A stretch of DNA of 59,596 bases from a virus (lineage: Duplodnaviria > Caudoviricetes). The translations under genes and the position numbers were made by a program. Below are positions 29,601 to 38,558 of the stretch, piece by piece. The first letter of the stretch is position 1. The number at the start of each line of letters is the position of its first letter. The notes below the pieces were generated by a model. It was not told the origin of the DNA. It did no database searches and saw nothing but the letters and a program-made list of their open reading frames with translations. Location: positions 1 to 59,596 of IMG/VR virus record IMGVR_UViG_3300046006_003099. One strand, 5' to 3'.

Positions 29601-30902
29601 ATAAAATTCTTCTAAGTAGTTATATTGATTGGTTAAGTCATTTGCGTAGGGAGTATTATCAGTTATAGTTGATAGTTGTTGGTTTATTTTAAAATCTGAA
29701 CTAGTTTTTAATTCATTAATTCCATATTCCCTAAAATTGAAGTTATTATTAGTGTTTGGTACTAAGTATTTTGCCCTCTCTCTTAATCTTTTGTCGTTAG
29801 ATGTTGCATCCATAGATACCCTAAACCTATAATCACCTTCAGTAGATACTCCTTTTATACCATCAGGTGACGGTACTAAGTTACCAAATTCGTCAGTAAC
29901 TACTTTTCTTATGTTCATAGGGACTAATACTGACCAGTTACCATTATCATCAATAGAATTATCTTTAAATGTAAATTTTTCAATGTTACCATCTACTGTT
30001 CTTCTAATCGCCTCTATTTTACCAGGACCCGTTATTACCTCATTTAGTTTACCCATTTCACGGGCAGGTTTACAGTTTTTATTTAGTGAATCTTTTTCAT
30101 CATCACTAAATATACTACCCATAAAGATTGCCGTAGGTATTAATTCTAAACTATCTATTGATATATCCAATCTGTTTATACCTAAACCACTACCCACATT
30201 TAAACTATCACACCAATAAGGTTCTACTCTAATTGGTATGTTTTCTGAAAATATTTGTGGGAGACTATCTAAGTTATTTGATGATTTAAATTTAAATCTG
30301 TCTTTAAATAAGTTATCACTATACCCTTGATCAATTAATTCAAATGGTCGAACTGATAAAAATCCGATATCACTGACATCCATATCATAATGAAGGAAAT
30401 GATCCCCCACAGGTACCCCAAATAATATATAATCGCCAGAAGTATTAGTTGTTGTGGTATATTTATAATATTTTTCGTAAATTTCTAATGTAGTATTATC
30501 ATCCAACACCTGTCTTTTCTTAGGAAAAGTACCCACTGGTGTATGATCTAATTTTTGTTGATTACTAGGTAGTACATTATACCTTATACCATTTCTATTT
30601 TTTTGATCGGGAAATGGTTCTGTATATGGATAAATTGCAGACTTTACTGGATCATTTAAATCTGCATCATCTACTGGTACAAATACCGATACTCTTACGT
30701 TTGGTACACCAAATCCATTGTTAATGATTACCCTACCTGCTATTACACCATATTCCGCACAATAACTTTGGTATTCATCTTTTTGTGAGATTTTTAAACT
30801 TAATATTTCTAAATGATCATAGTTTTGAGTTAAGTCAACATTAACTTTTAAATATCCATTATCTTCACCTGGTGTTGTCCTAATTCTATATGATTTAGAC
30901 AT
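26682..30902 (-). CDS. Large baseplate-associated protein with an N-terminal carboxypeptidase-regulatory-like beta domain, a hydrophobic segment and a Cys-rich region
   Basis: GVIAGRVIINNGFGVPNVRVSVFVP and TTTNTSGDYILFGVPVG, then hydrophobic PLYSIICLILTIFGHVVGFLNGILNII followed by a dense Cys cluster. Confidence 0.6.
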   Translation of the reverse strand: MSKSYRIRTTPGEDNGYLKVNVDLTQNYDHLEILSLKISQKDEYQSYCAEYGVIAGRVIINNGFGVPNVRVSVFVPVDDADLNDPVKSAIYPYTEPFPDQKNRNGIRYNVLPSNQQKLDHTPVGTFPKKRQVLDDNTTLEIYEKYYKYTTTTNTSGDYILFGVPVGDHFLHYDMDVSDIGFLSVRPFELIDQGYSDNLFKDRFKFKSSNNLDSLPQIFSENIPIRVEPYWCDSLNVGSGLGINRLDISIDSLELIPTAIFMGSIFSDDEKDSLNKNCKPAREMGKLNEVITGPGKIEAIRRTVDGNIEKFTFKDNSIDDNGNWSVLVPMNIRKVVTDEFGNLVPSPDGIKGVSTEGDYRFRVSMDATSNDKRLRERAKYLVPNTNNNFNFREYGINELKTSSDFKINQQLSTITDNTPYANDLTNQYNYLEEFYPFRWKKVYTVKQYIGRMQKIGGKNGDEARGFIGIKDILNGDGVNKFPTNRLDTNFNPLYSIICLILTIFGHVVGFLNGILNIINGLITSICSVKIPVGITINFVFCLNLPAGIEICSDDYKNAYPCGNNCNNNNCSDNCDASGGSILQLSLKIKWRCIFSKLLCKKCKDICGGDPHSCCPSSQNNPTYPSGCSNNATIEVSAGAGSPDNPPCCSKCCVKVPLIPLKCADEGKEYRLTLIKTPFGDDSGCNAQFVLPFSCENCGGIQTPGIKDWVSCVMEPVAVFLRMLKFDFYNDWVGGSLYFPLVKRKYKLKKRKRKFGQIKKDKFCDFDCKERGPILGSFTNNFQGDPTFKQWRIKIPSNFISAPTIVLNDCVAKVRSKRVTDWYGTNENDLQTPNLNLAVKELEFKGKNSNFEGCKIVFNNFSAFQNTFNTFGVQYEIKDREVQGEHGKPEYVETEDAAGNSTWTNIGGHGHHRNICDDTRMMERKEYFKTSLDCVESSNYEPSEDEAQDGFGDISQPEEEELSSPPSPTSGCPSYTCAPDCSTNGVAPCIYNETEYNNFSKLINHGLISWADGSIYYTPYIPKGDVKYNSNEYKANLMLPTTIMELGSSTYCDIDDIPFIMDVIPPTTFNVSYEDVKYKLGTLQINGTTGNRTILKFDDKKDISLNLRAYVELSCFKTVCINTSASVNHSQIGVDIIDKNDIGIEIGNCFLRFDHDEDIRSYFCKRFNGYQSSNLTFHHQRPGSLEFDNLYNTYPEITLSDGFNLYYNLDGEQILSEYNDGDSFIPGDACGFKKTNGSGDYFYGLAPGQTSSFINYPNGNQTINFNQTAQLDGVDEINQISGINIVDDFNNGSNLINGIKFNRTQTPYFLYFGLVPGKTALHRTVSQFFGDLIDAVTLEGLNASNDTVSENINNSPNINNGVDNPFTVYRTCLGETLIQTTQVGGTITAPNNPNVVLTTQGVSNNSSN

Positions 30903-30925
30903 AAAAATTTCACTTTTTTACTTTT

Positions 30926-31348
30926 TTATTTTTTGTTTTCAAAAATTTCAATGTCGTCAAATTCTGTTTTAACTTCATCTACTTTTTGTTTTTCTACATT
31001 ACCTGTATATTCTACATTTTTTTCAAATTGTCTTTCTCTTTTTTTAATTTCCCTTTCATATTTAAATTTAGCGTAACTATTTAATATGTTAATAAAAAAT
31101 CCTTTAAATTTTTTACTGACTTTAGGTAAATGTTTTGGGAAAAAGAAATTCATGAAAATTTGTCCTAATAAAACTAAAATTATAAATGGTATTGCAATTG
31201 TTACAACTACAAACGCAATTATTTTAAAAAAGAAATTACCACTATAATCTCCTTCTTGAATAGATTTTGGTATTAGGTTGATTTCTAAATTATCACTATT
31301 TGGTGATTTTTTATTATTACTTTTTTCTTTACATGTTTTACATTCCAT
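30926..31348 (-). CDS. Small membrane protein with N-terminal CxxC
   Basis: MECKTCKEK start and a long hydrophobic stretch IIAFVVVTIAIPFIILVLLGQIFMNFFF. Confidence 0.7.
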   Translation of the reverse strand: MECKTCKEKSNNKKSPNSDNLEINLIPKSIQEGDYSGNFFFKIIAFVVVTIAIPFIILVLLGQIFMNFFFPKHLPKVSKKFKGFFINILNSYAKFKYEREIKKRERQFEKNVEYTGNVEKQKVDEVKTEFDDIEIFENKK

Positions 31349-31395
31349 AACTTATTTTTTTAATAAAACTAACTATATTTTTAGAAAAGTAATTA

Positions 31396-33225
31396 TTATG
31401 ACGTAGAAATTGTCACCTTTATGTCTTTATTTGGGTATTTAATCTCAAACATACCATTAGGTTGTCCAAATAAAGTATATTTACCCAATAAATCAATTTG
31501 TCTTGTAGTCTCATCAATATAAGGTTGTGCAATCTCATTTAATGAATATTTACCATTTTCATTAACTTTATTAAAAACCCTTAAATCTGTTACGTTAAGT
31601 ACGCCACCTACATTATTAATGTTTTCTATAAGTTGGGATACATAGATGTTATCACCCATTTCCCATTTATTGATGTCAAAATAATCTGTAACACTACTGA
31701 TAACTCCCGCAATAATATCCCCTCTAGGAATTGACTTCTCTGCGAATATATCTATTTCAAAACCTAAGTTAATAACTCTACCGTTTTTAACTGTAACGTA
31801 ATCATTAATCATTCTATAGTCCGCCAAATATTCCGCAATATTTTGTTTCAGTGTTGATGTTGCCTCAGTGGTTAATTTAGAATTAGAATCTAACGCCAAT
31901 ATTGAAACGTTAATTTTATTTCTTTCTTCCCATACACCCGTTCTAAATGGTACACCAAATTTACCAGGCATTAATGGTATTCTAGACTGATAATCTTTAA
32001 TAGTTACACATCTATCTTGTGCGGAGAAATTATATCTAACTAAATTTCTAACCTCATCAATAGAAGGTTCTTCTTTACCACCTAATGCTGGTATTGGGTT
32101 ATTAACAGAAATACTATTTCTAATTATTCTATTAAGATCTGAAGAGTCACCATTTATAACTACGTTTATCGTACCCAAAGTGTTTATTATATTAACACCT
32201 ATATTACTATCTTCTCCACCACCTACTCTATATCTTACATAAATGGTGTTATTGGTTGGTGGTATTTGACCCAAAGATAAGTTATTAACTGTTTTACCAA
32301 TTCTCTCAATTTGTCCCTTACATCCAACAAAACTATTTAATTCTGAAGTATCTGCGTCACCCGCACCAAATATAATTTTACAGAAACCATTGTCTGTAAA
32401 TTCTTTAATAAATCTACGAGGTGCGTTTAACCATTTACCTACTGATATTCCCTCTCTATCCGATACTGTATTATCATCTATAACGTAAACTTCCGCCTGT
32501 GCCAATGCAGGTACCTCATACCAACTTAAATTAAAGTCATTAAATTCTTCTTCTGTTGGTTGGTTTACTAAATTGGTTCCTTCTTTAGTAAGGATATTTT
32601 CTATTGAAAGTACGTTGTCTTCAGGTAACACAATCTCAAGAAATGGAACATAATCACTCCTAGTTAATGTTCTTTTATATGTTTTGGTAATACCATTTAA
32701 CATTATTTCTCTTTTAGTAAGTGTATAGTTTTGAATTATACCACTTCCATCTATGTTTGGTACTATTAGTCTGTTTGGTATCCCACCAGTCGTAAATGGT
32801 GATGCAAAATCAGAATCCTCCATTAATTCAAAGACTTTACCCGCACCAGTGGCTTGTGAACCCTTTAAAATTTTTGGTGCGTAACTTATATCAAATGTAT
32901 CACCTTTAACAGGTATATTGGTTACTGTCCAGTCTACTATCGTAATACTCGGTCTTTTACCTGGTACATTTAATCCGAAAGTTCTTGCCAACTCTAAAAG
33001 TGAAGATCTTTCCTGTGCGTAACTAATTTGTGTTTCATTAAACATTCTATCAGTATGGAATGATAACATATCACCAACCGCAGCATTTAATTCCAATAAC
33101 ATCATACCTACAGACGCATCATTAAAATCTGAGAATATTTCTGGATAATATTTTTGTATGAACTCTATTAATTGTTGTCTAACATCTGAGAAGTTCCTAG
33201 CGTTGTAATCTATTTTTTTAGCCAT
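31396..33225 (-). CDS. Baseplate wedge subunit (T4 gp6 / baseplate J-like)
   Basis: IDYNARNFSDVRQQLIEF, YVRYRVGGG, ALGGKEEPSIDEVR and AQDRCVTIKDY. Directly downstream of the gp25-like gene. Confidence 0.88.
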   Translation of the reverse strand: MAKKIDYNARNFSDVRQQLIEFIQKYYPEIFSDFNDASVGMMLLELNAAVGDMLSFHTDRMFNETQISYAQERSSLLELARTFGLNVPGKRPSITIVDWTVTNIPVKGDTFDISYAPKILKGSQATGAGKVFELMEDSDFASPFTTGGIPNRLIVPNIDGSGIIQNYTLTKREIMLNGITKTYKRTLTRSDYVPFLEIVLPEDNVLSIENILTKEGTNLVNQPTEEEFNDFNLSWYEVPALAQAEVYVIDDNTVSDREGISVGKWLNAPRRFIKEFTDNGFCKIIFGAGDADTSELNSFVGCKGQIERIGKTVNNLSLGQIPPTNNTIYVRYRVGGGEDSNIGVNIINTLGTINVVINGDSSDLNRIIRNSISVNNPIPALGGKEEPSIDEVRNLVRYNFSAQDRCVTIKDYQSRIPLMPGKFGVPFRTGVWEERNKINVSILALDSNSKLTTEATSTLKQNIAEYLADYRMINDYVTVKNGRVINLGFEIDIFAEKSIPRGDIIAGVISSVTDYFDINKWEMGDNIYVSQLIENINNVGGVLNVTDLRVFNKVNENGKYSLNEIAQPYIDETTRQIDLLGKYTLFGQPNGMFEIKYPNKDIKVTISTS

Positions 33226-33227
33226 AT

Positions 33228-33611
33228 TTAAAATGTTAATGTAATTGTATCTGTACTTGTGAAAGTTCCTTCAGTAACTGTATAGGTTAATTCCACAATA
33301 ATTAATTCTTCGATGGCATCATTTCTAAATGATATATCATTAATCAATAAATTAGGTATAAACCTAATAATAGTTTGATTTAAATTGTCCTTAATTTGTT
33401 CATGAGTTATTTCATCATTGGGTTCAAAGATGAACTTTTTAAGGTCACTACCAAATTCTGGTAGATATAACCTTTCTCCCTTATTAGTTAACAATAAATG
33501 TAATAAGTCTGCCCTAATAGCGTCCTTATCAGTTTTGTTCATTTTAAAATAGAAACCATTGTCACTATCTCTAAAAGGAAAATCAATATTTATATAATTA
33601 GTCTTTGCCAT
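33228..33611 (-). CDS. Baseplate wedge subunit, gp25/GPW-like
   Basis: IRADLLHLLLTNKGERLYLPEFGSDLKKFIFEP is the gp25 signature. Confidence 0.92.
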   Translation of the reverse strand: MAKTNYINIDFPFRDSDNGFYFKMNKTDKDAIRADLLHLLLTNKGERLYLPEFGSDLKKFIFEPNDEITHEQIKDNLNQTIIRFIPNLLINDISFRNDAIEELIIVELTYTVTEGTFTSTDTITLTF

Positions 33612-33617
33612 TCTCTA

Positions 33618-33625
33618 TATAAATA
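33618..33625 (-). promoter_or_regulatory. Putative phage late-promoter motif TATTTATA
   Basis: 6 nt upstream of the gp25-like ATG at 33611. Confidence 0.58.
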
Positions 33626-33671
33626 TTGTACTATAAATTTTTTGAAAAGAAATGGTAAAATATTAAAAATT

Positions 33672-35744
33672 TTATTTACACTCAACTTTCATATTAAATA
33701 TTGTTCTATCCAATGGTGAAAATACTAATATGTTAATTGGGAAATCTTTTTGTTCTTTTGTTATAGTAAACGATGAATTTTTCTTCATTATAGGTCCATA
33801 AGATTTATATTTACCACCTAATTGTGTATTATAATCCCCCATATTTTCATTTTTAGTAATGTCAATATTTATGTTTTTTATTTCATCAGTTACTTTTTTA
33901 GCCTCTGTATCACCTTGTTTAAAAATAGAATCGACTTTAAGTTTACCACCTAATGAACCAATCGCAGCATTAATACTTTCAACTAATCCTTCTTTTTCTT
34001 TATAATACATTAGTTCACCAACAAAATTTCTAGGTGTATTTGTTGTAGAACTTAAGTCATCGTCTTTGGTAGTATTAATATAGTGAATCATACTTTTTGG
34101 TTGTATATATAACATTTTCTTTCTTTCGTCCGCACTAAGTGCAACTTGTTTGTACTCCGCATTCCAAACATCACCCATAAATCCACTAAAGAATTCTTGA
34201 TCACCGTACTTCACATAAAATGCATCGGGTACAACTAATGAATCAAAACTTATAGTTATAGTATCACCTTCACCTACAGGAAAACTACTATTAACCGATG
34301 CTGCTACGAAGTTGTTTGCCTTAACACCTCTAGCACCTTTAGTTTCTGCATTATAATTACACTTTAAAGGTGGTTTTTTTTCAGGTGTACAATTACAACT
34401 ACCTAAAACTCTTACAGGTTTATCTGTAGGACAAACACATTCACCTTTATCATTTTTCACTAAATCACCTGTACACTCACATTCTTTTTTATCTACATTA
34501 TATACTGTACATTCAGGACATTTTGGACAACTACAATCATCTAAAACAGGTATTTTACCTGCCGCATCACAATAACATTTGTCGTTTATTTGGAATGTAC
34601 CTTCTTTACATTTACAATTACCATCTTGGTCTTTTTCCATACATTTAGGGCAAGGACAACCACAATTTTCATCAGGTGCCTTCTTACCTTCTTTATCACA
34701 ATAACATTTACCGTCCGCACCTTTAAATAAACCTTCTTTACATTCACATTCACCACCTTCAACTAGTCTCTCCATACATTCAGGACATGGTTCTTTCTTT
34801 TTTTCAATACATTCACAATCTTTTTTTTCTTTTCCCGGTGGACATTCACATTGTTTAGTTTCTTCATTAAACGTCATTCCTTCAGGACATTTACATTTTC
34901 CGTCTTCGCCTTTTTTCATACAAGGATCGGAACAAGGTTCTTCACCTTTAAGTGTATAACAAACATTTGCGGTAACTGCAACAATTTGTCCAGGATTAAG
35001 TTTACCTTGACTAATAAATGTTTTCCATTGTTCATCAACGTTATCTTTAGTATACATTGTTCCACCCTCAATATATTTCGGGGTGGTGGTAGGGTCTACT
35101 CTCAAACCAATTGTTTTACCTTCTTTGTCTAATGTAGTTTTTATTGAATTAAATAGATTTTTTGCCCTATTAGACGCTAATTTAGTATTGGTGGATTGAC
35201 TACCAATATATTTTGTTTTAGATAGTTTTGTACCAGTATATTTTTTAAATTCAAAATCCGTACAAACCCCACCATAACCAGTGTCAGGTGGTATTGTCCA
35301 TTTTTTACAATAATCATTATCCCAAATAGGTTCTACTATACCAGAATAATAGTTACTAGCAAAACCTTGAAGGGTAATATCCCTAATATACATAGTACCA
35401 CTATCTAAACCTTTCTTATATTCAGGATTAGATTCAATAATTTGTCTAAATGCGTTTAAGAAATTATTCACTGCCTTAGAACCTGTAGGTACGTCAACAA
35501 CAAATCTACCAGTCGCCTTTACTATAAAACATTCAGTCTTATCCACAGACTGATTTTGTTCTTTATTCTCTGCAGGTTTATTTTCTACTGGTTTATTATC
35601 TGTAGGTTTGTTTTCTACTGGTTTATTCTCTGCAGGTTTATCACCCTCAGGTTCCGCACTAGTACTTACTTCAGTAATTGGTGTGCCTTTCTCATACACC
35701 ATTAAATTCTTTATCCTATCTAATTCTTCAAATAAATTTCTCAT
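33672..35744 (-). CDS. Cys-rich repeat protein with a degenerate OmpA-like segment (putative virion protein)
   Basis: Likely start is MRNLFEELDRIKNLM. It carries PxENK repeats and tandem CxC(P) repeats at ~34350-34960. Confidence 0.7.
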   Translation of the reverse strand: MRNLFEELDRIKNLMVYEKGTPITEVSTSAEPEGDKPAENKPVENKPTDNKPVENKPAENKEQNQSVDKTECFIVKATGRFVVDVPTGSKAVNNFLNAFRQIIESNPEYKKGLDSGTMYIRDITLQGFASNYYSGIVEPIWDNDYCKKWTIPPDTGYGGVCTDFEFKKYTGTKLSKTKYIGSQSTNTKLASNRAKNLFNSIKTTLDKEGKTIGLRVDPTTTPKYIEGGTMYTKDNVDEQWKTFISQGKLNPGQIVAVTANVCYTLKGEEPCSDPCMKKGEDGKCKCPEGMTFNEETKQCECPPGKEKKDCECIEKKKEPCPECMERLVEGGECECKEGLFKGADGKCYCDKEGKKAPDENCGCPCPKCMEKDQDGNCKCKEGTFQINDKCYCDAAGKIPVLDDCSCPKCPECTVYNVDKKECECTGDLVKNDKGECVCPTDKPVRVLGSCNCTPEKKPPLKCNYNAETKGARGVKANNFVAASVNSSFPVGEGDTITISFDSLVVPDAFYVKYGDQEFFSGFMGDVWNAEYKQVALSADERKKMLYIQPKSMIHYINTTKDDDLSSTTNTPRNFVGELMYYKEKEGLVESINAAIGSLGGKLKVDSIFKQGDTEAKKVTDEIKNINIDITKNENMGDYNTQLGGKYKSYGPIMKKNSSFTITKEQKDFPINILVFSPLDRTIFNMKVECK
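35563..35642 (-). repeat. 15-bp coding tandem repeat (KPAEN/KPVEN/KPTDN, about five units)
   Basis: Imperfect repeats such as ttattctctgcaggt / ttattttctactggt read directly from the sequence. Confidence 0.85.
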
Positions 35745-35760
35745 ACTTTTAACCAATTTT

Positions 35761-35792
35761 TTTGGCAGTTAAAAAAATATATACTATATTTG
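35761..35792 (+). promoter_or_regulatory. Bacteroidota-type promoter for the metalloprotease gene
   Basis: TTTG(35761)-N20-TATATTTG(35785-35792). Confidence 0.7.
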
Positions 35793-35813
35793 TTATATAA
35801 ATACTTAACAACT

Positions 35814-36371
35814 ATGAAAAAAATACTTTTTATCCTTTTATTTTTAAATAGTATTTTATGTTTTTCTCAGAAAAACTTTACTATGGATGAGTTTAATAAG
35901 ATAACCGATAATGGTGAAAAATGGAAGTCTGATATAAAAATTTTTATGTATGGTGATTATACTATAGATGATTCGTTATCAGTTATTAAAAGTATAGAAT
36001 TATTTAATAAATTAATAGAAACTGTGGATATATCAATAGTTTCCACTATTGAATTGTCTAATAGTGTGATTTATTTTATAACTGACGATGAATTCATTAA
36101 ATTATTTAAATGGAGTGAGAAAGATATAAAAAATTGTACAGGTATAACATATACATCACATGTTGATGATAGAATTGTTAAGAGTAAAATTCATATTGAT
36201 ATTGTTGAGTGTAGAAAACATCAATGTACACCTATTACAATTAGACATGAGATGTTTCATATGTTGGGTTTTGATCATCAAGATAATGAAAAAAATACCA
36301 TCCTTAAAAGTCATAGTATTGAATTCACTGAAAAGGATAGGGAAATGATTTCTTTATTATATAAAAAATAA
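35814..36371 (+). CDS. Exported zinc metallopeptidase (metzincin/matrixin-like)
   Basis: Signal-peptide-like MKKILFILLFLNSILCFSQ from ATG 35814, and HEMFHMLGFDH matching HExxHxxGxxH. Confidence 0.82.
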   Translation: MKKILFILLFLNSILCFSQKNFTMDEFNKITDNGEKWKSDIKIFMYGDYTIDDSLSVIKSIELFNKLIETVDISIVSTIELSNSVIYFITDDEFIKLFKWSEKDIKNCTGITYTSHVDDRIVKSKIHIDIVECRKHQCTPITIRHEMFHMLGFDHQDNEKNTILKSHSIEFTEKDREMISLLYKK

Positions 36372-36396
36372 AAGTCGGATTTCTCCGACTTTTTTT
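36370..36396. terminator. Bidirectional rho-independent terminator between convergent genes
   Basis: AAAAGTCGGA-tttc-TCCGACTTTT is a perfect inverted repeat flanked by A and T runs. Confidence 0.88.
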
Positions 36397-36607
36397 ATTT
36401 TAAGTTTTTAGTTCCTTTTAAATGTTTTGGTTCATATGGACAGTGTTTACAACCACTTCCACAACAACTACCCCTTCGTTTATGATATTCTTCAGTCATT
36501 ACAATTCTTCCCTGATTATCATAATAGAATTCGTTAGGTTGTAGTTTAGGTCCAAACTCCCTCACATATAATTGTTGTATCCAATCATTAGATGCACCTA
36601 CATTCAT
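36395..36607 (-). CDS. DUF5522-like small Cys-rich protein
   Basis: VMTEEYHKRRGSCCGSGCKHCPY motif. Confidence 0.78.
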   Translation of the reverse strand: MNVGASNDWIQQLYVREFGPKLQPNEFYYDNQGRIVMTEEYHKRRGSCCGSGCKHCPYEPKHLKGTKNLK

Positions 36608-36609
36608 AA

Positions 36610-38469
36610 TTACACTATTTCACATGCTCCCCCTGCACAAGCTGCCTCACCAGAAAGATTAGTATTATCTTGTAACTCAATTACTTTAGTTAAATCAACA
36701 CTACTCAAAGATTTCATCATCTTTTCATAAGTTTGTTCATCACAATCTTCAAAAGGTGCTTGTTGGTATGTTCCACCGTTATAAGGTAATACGGATAATC
36801 CATTATAGAATTTTCTATTTTCCCACATCCATTCACCAGCATATTCCCACTCATCCTCTTTTAAAGATATCGTTGCAGATACGTTGTGACTGTTTTGTCC
36901 ACCTCTATGACCAGGTTTAATCCATTCTTGAGATACTTTTTTAACTCTTTCTAATAAATCAAAAGATGATTCATATCTTAAAATAGAACCCTCAGGTGAT
37001 TTTTGTGGAATCGATATTACCGCAGTATCGTGTGGTCTGAATATTTCATCCTCAACTAATTCAGGGTGGTTGTTAGATAAATACGTGTAAATTGCTTCAT
37101 TTTTACCTACTCTAATTCTTCTAACGTAGTAATCATTATGCCAAGCATGAATACCTGAAGATGTACCTAAAACTAACGATGACGTACCTGAAGGTTTAAC
37201 CGTTGTAGTTCTAGCAGCGTTATTAATACCAATTAATTTCGCAACTCTCTCATTTTCTTCTTTAACCGCCTTAGCCGCCAATTTCATATCATAACCTAAA
37301 ACTACTCCAGATCCAATACCTGTCATACCAACGCCAATTAGTGCGTCTTTCTCAGTAGTTCTTTTCCATACATCTCTTAAATAATGGAAGTCTGTATATC
37401 CTGCCTGTAATGTACCAATAAATGCCGCCCCTTTAACTCTAGTTTCGAAATCTTCTTGTGATTCAATATCCGAAGCATTAACCTCACATAAATTACAGAA
37501 TTGGTATGGTCTCAATCCAATCTCACAACAAGGATTAGTTCCCCAATCTTTATCGTTTGATAAGTAGATTCCTGGTTCACCTGCCCCAGATAATTCAATT
37601 CTCTTCCACAAATCTAAGAAGAATTCTTTTGTGATTTTGTGTCTAAGTAATACTGCTGAGTTGTTAGCCCTTCCTCTTTGTGGGTTTAATTCCCACCAAT
37701 TACCAGATTTACATGAAATCATTTCATTGTCATCCGCACTAAATAAACTAATTAGCGCTGCTCTTCTAATACCACCCGCTAATACTGCATCTGCAATATG
37801 ACAAACAATATCATGAACCTCAATAGGTGATAATTTTTCTCCGTCAGATTTTGCATCTAATACTTTTTTAATATTATGTATACAATCTTTTAATGGTTGT
37901 GGTCCAGGTGCTTTTCCACCTGATGTAACTAATAATGCACCCTTTTGTCTAATATCCGAAAAATCAAATATCGGTGTAGATGACTTTATTCCAAAATAAG
38001 ATTCTACTAACATCTTAATTGCGTCCGCCCATCCTTCTATAGAATCACTAATTAGATATCTTCTATTTCTATTAGGGTTTGGTTTTTTGATGTCGGGTAA
38101 CGCCTCAACGTGATGTTTTTGTACTGAGAACCCAACACCTGTTCCACCTAAAAGTAAGAACATTGTTTCTGAAAATGCGTCAACATGATCAATAGGTAAA
38201 TATGCACAGTTATAAACTCTGTTAGGTGATATTTCTATCGGTTTTCCACCAAATTGTAAACTTCTCATTGATGGTAATATTTTTTTATCGTACACCAATT
38301 GGTAAACTCCCTCAATCTCATTTTTAATGTTAGGGTATTTTTTTTGATGCATTTCTTTGTTTCTAGTAACTAACTCTTCCCACGTTTCTCGTCTATTTTC
38401 TGTAGGTAGATATTTGGCATATTTCATATATACCGTAATGTCAGATAGAATTCTGTTTGATAACTCCAT
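36610..38469 (-). CDS. nrdJ: Class II (adenosylcobalamin-dependent) ribonucleotide reductase
   Basis: LPSMRSLQFGG, YNCAY, TNPCCEI (thiyl Cys), TTVKPSGTSS and the C-terminal ACAGGACEIV Cys pair. No beta-subunit gene is adjacent. Confidence 0.9.
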   Translation of the reverse strand: MELSNRILSDITVYMKYAKYLPTENRRETWEELVTRNKEMHQKKYPNIKNEIEGVYQLVYDKKILPSMRSLQFGGKPIEISPNRVYNCAYLPIDHVDAFSETMFLLLGGTGVGFSVQKHHVEALPDIKKPNPNRNRRYLISDSIEGWADAIKMLVESYFGIKSSTPIFDFSDIRQKGALLVTSGGKAPGPQPLKDCIHNIKKVLDAKSDGEKLSPIEVHDIVCHIADAVLAGGIRRAALISLFSADDNEMISCKSGNWWELNPQRGRANNSAVLLRHKITKEFFLDLWKRIELSGAGEPGIYLSNDKDWGTNPCCEIGLRPYQFCNLCEVNASDIESQEDFETRVKGAAFIGTLQAGYTDFHYLRDVWKRTTEKDALIGVGMTGIGSGVVLGYDMKLAAKAVKEENERVAKLIGINNAARTTTVKPSGTSSLVLGTSSGIHAWHNDYYVRRIRVGKNEAIYTYLSNNHPELVEDEIFRPHDTAVISIPQKSPEGSILRYESSFDLLERVKKVSQEWIKPGHRGGQNSHNVSATISLKEDEWEYAGEWMWENRKFYNGLSVLPYNGGTYQQAPFEDCDEQTYEKMMKSLSSVDLTKVIELQDNTNLSGEAACAGGACEIV

Positions 38470-38558
38470 TTTTTATTTTATTTTTTATTATTATTTATTA
38501 GGGTGTTTGTTTCCACAATGACTTATATTATAAACCATTTTTTTTATTAATTTATAAA

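Noticed and set aside
38470-38558. Cobalamin riboswitch or NrdR box upstream of nrdJ
   Set aside because: The region is too short and AT-rich for a cobalamin riboswitch, and no convincing NrdR-box palindrome was seen.
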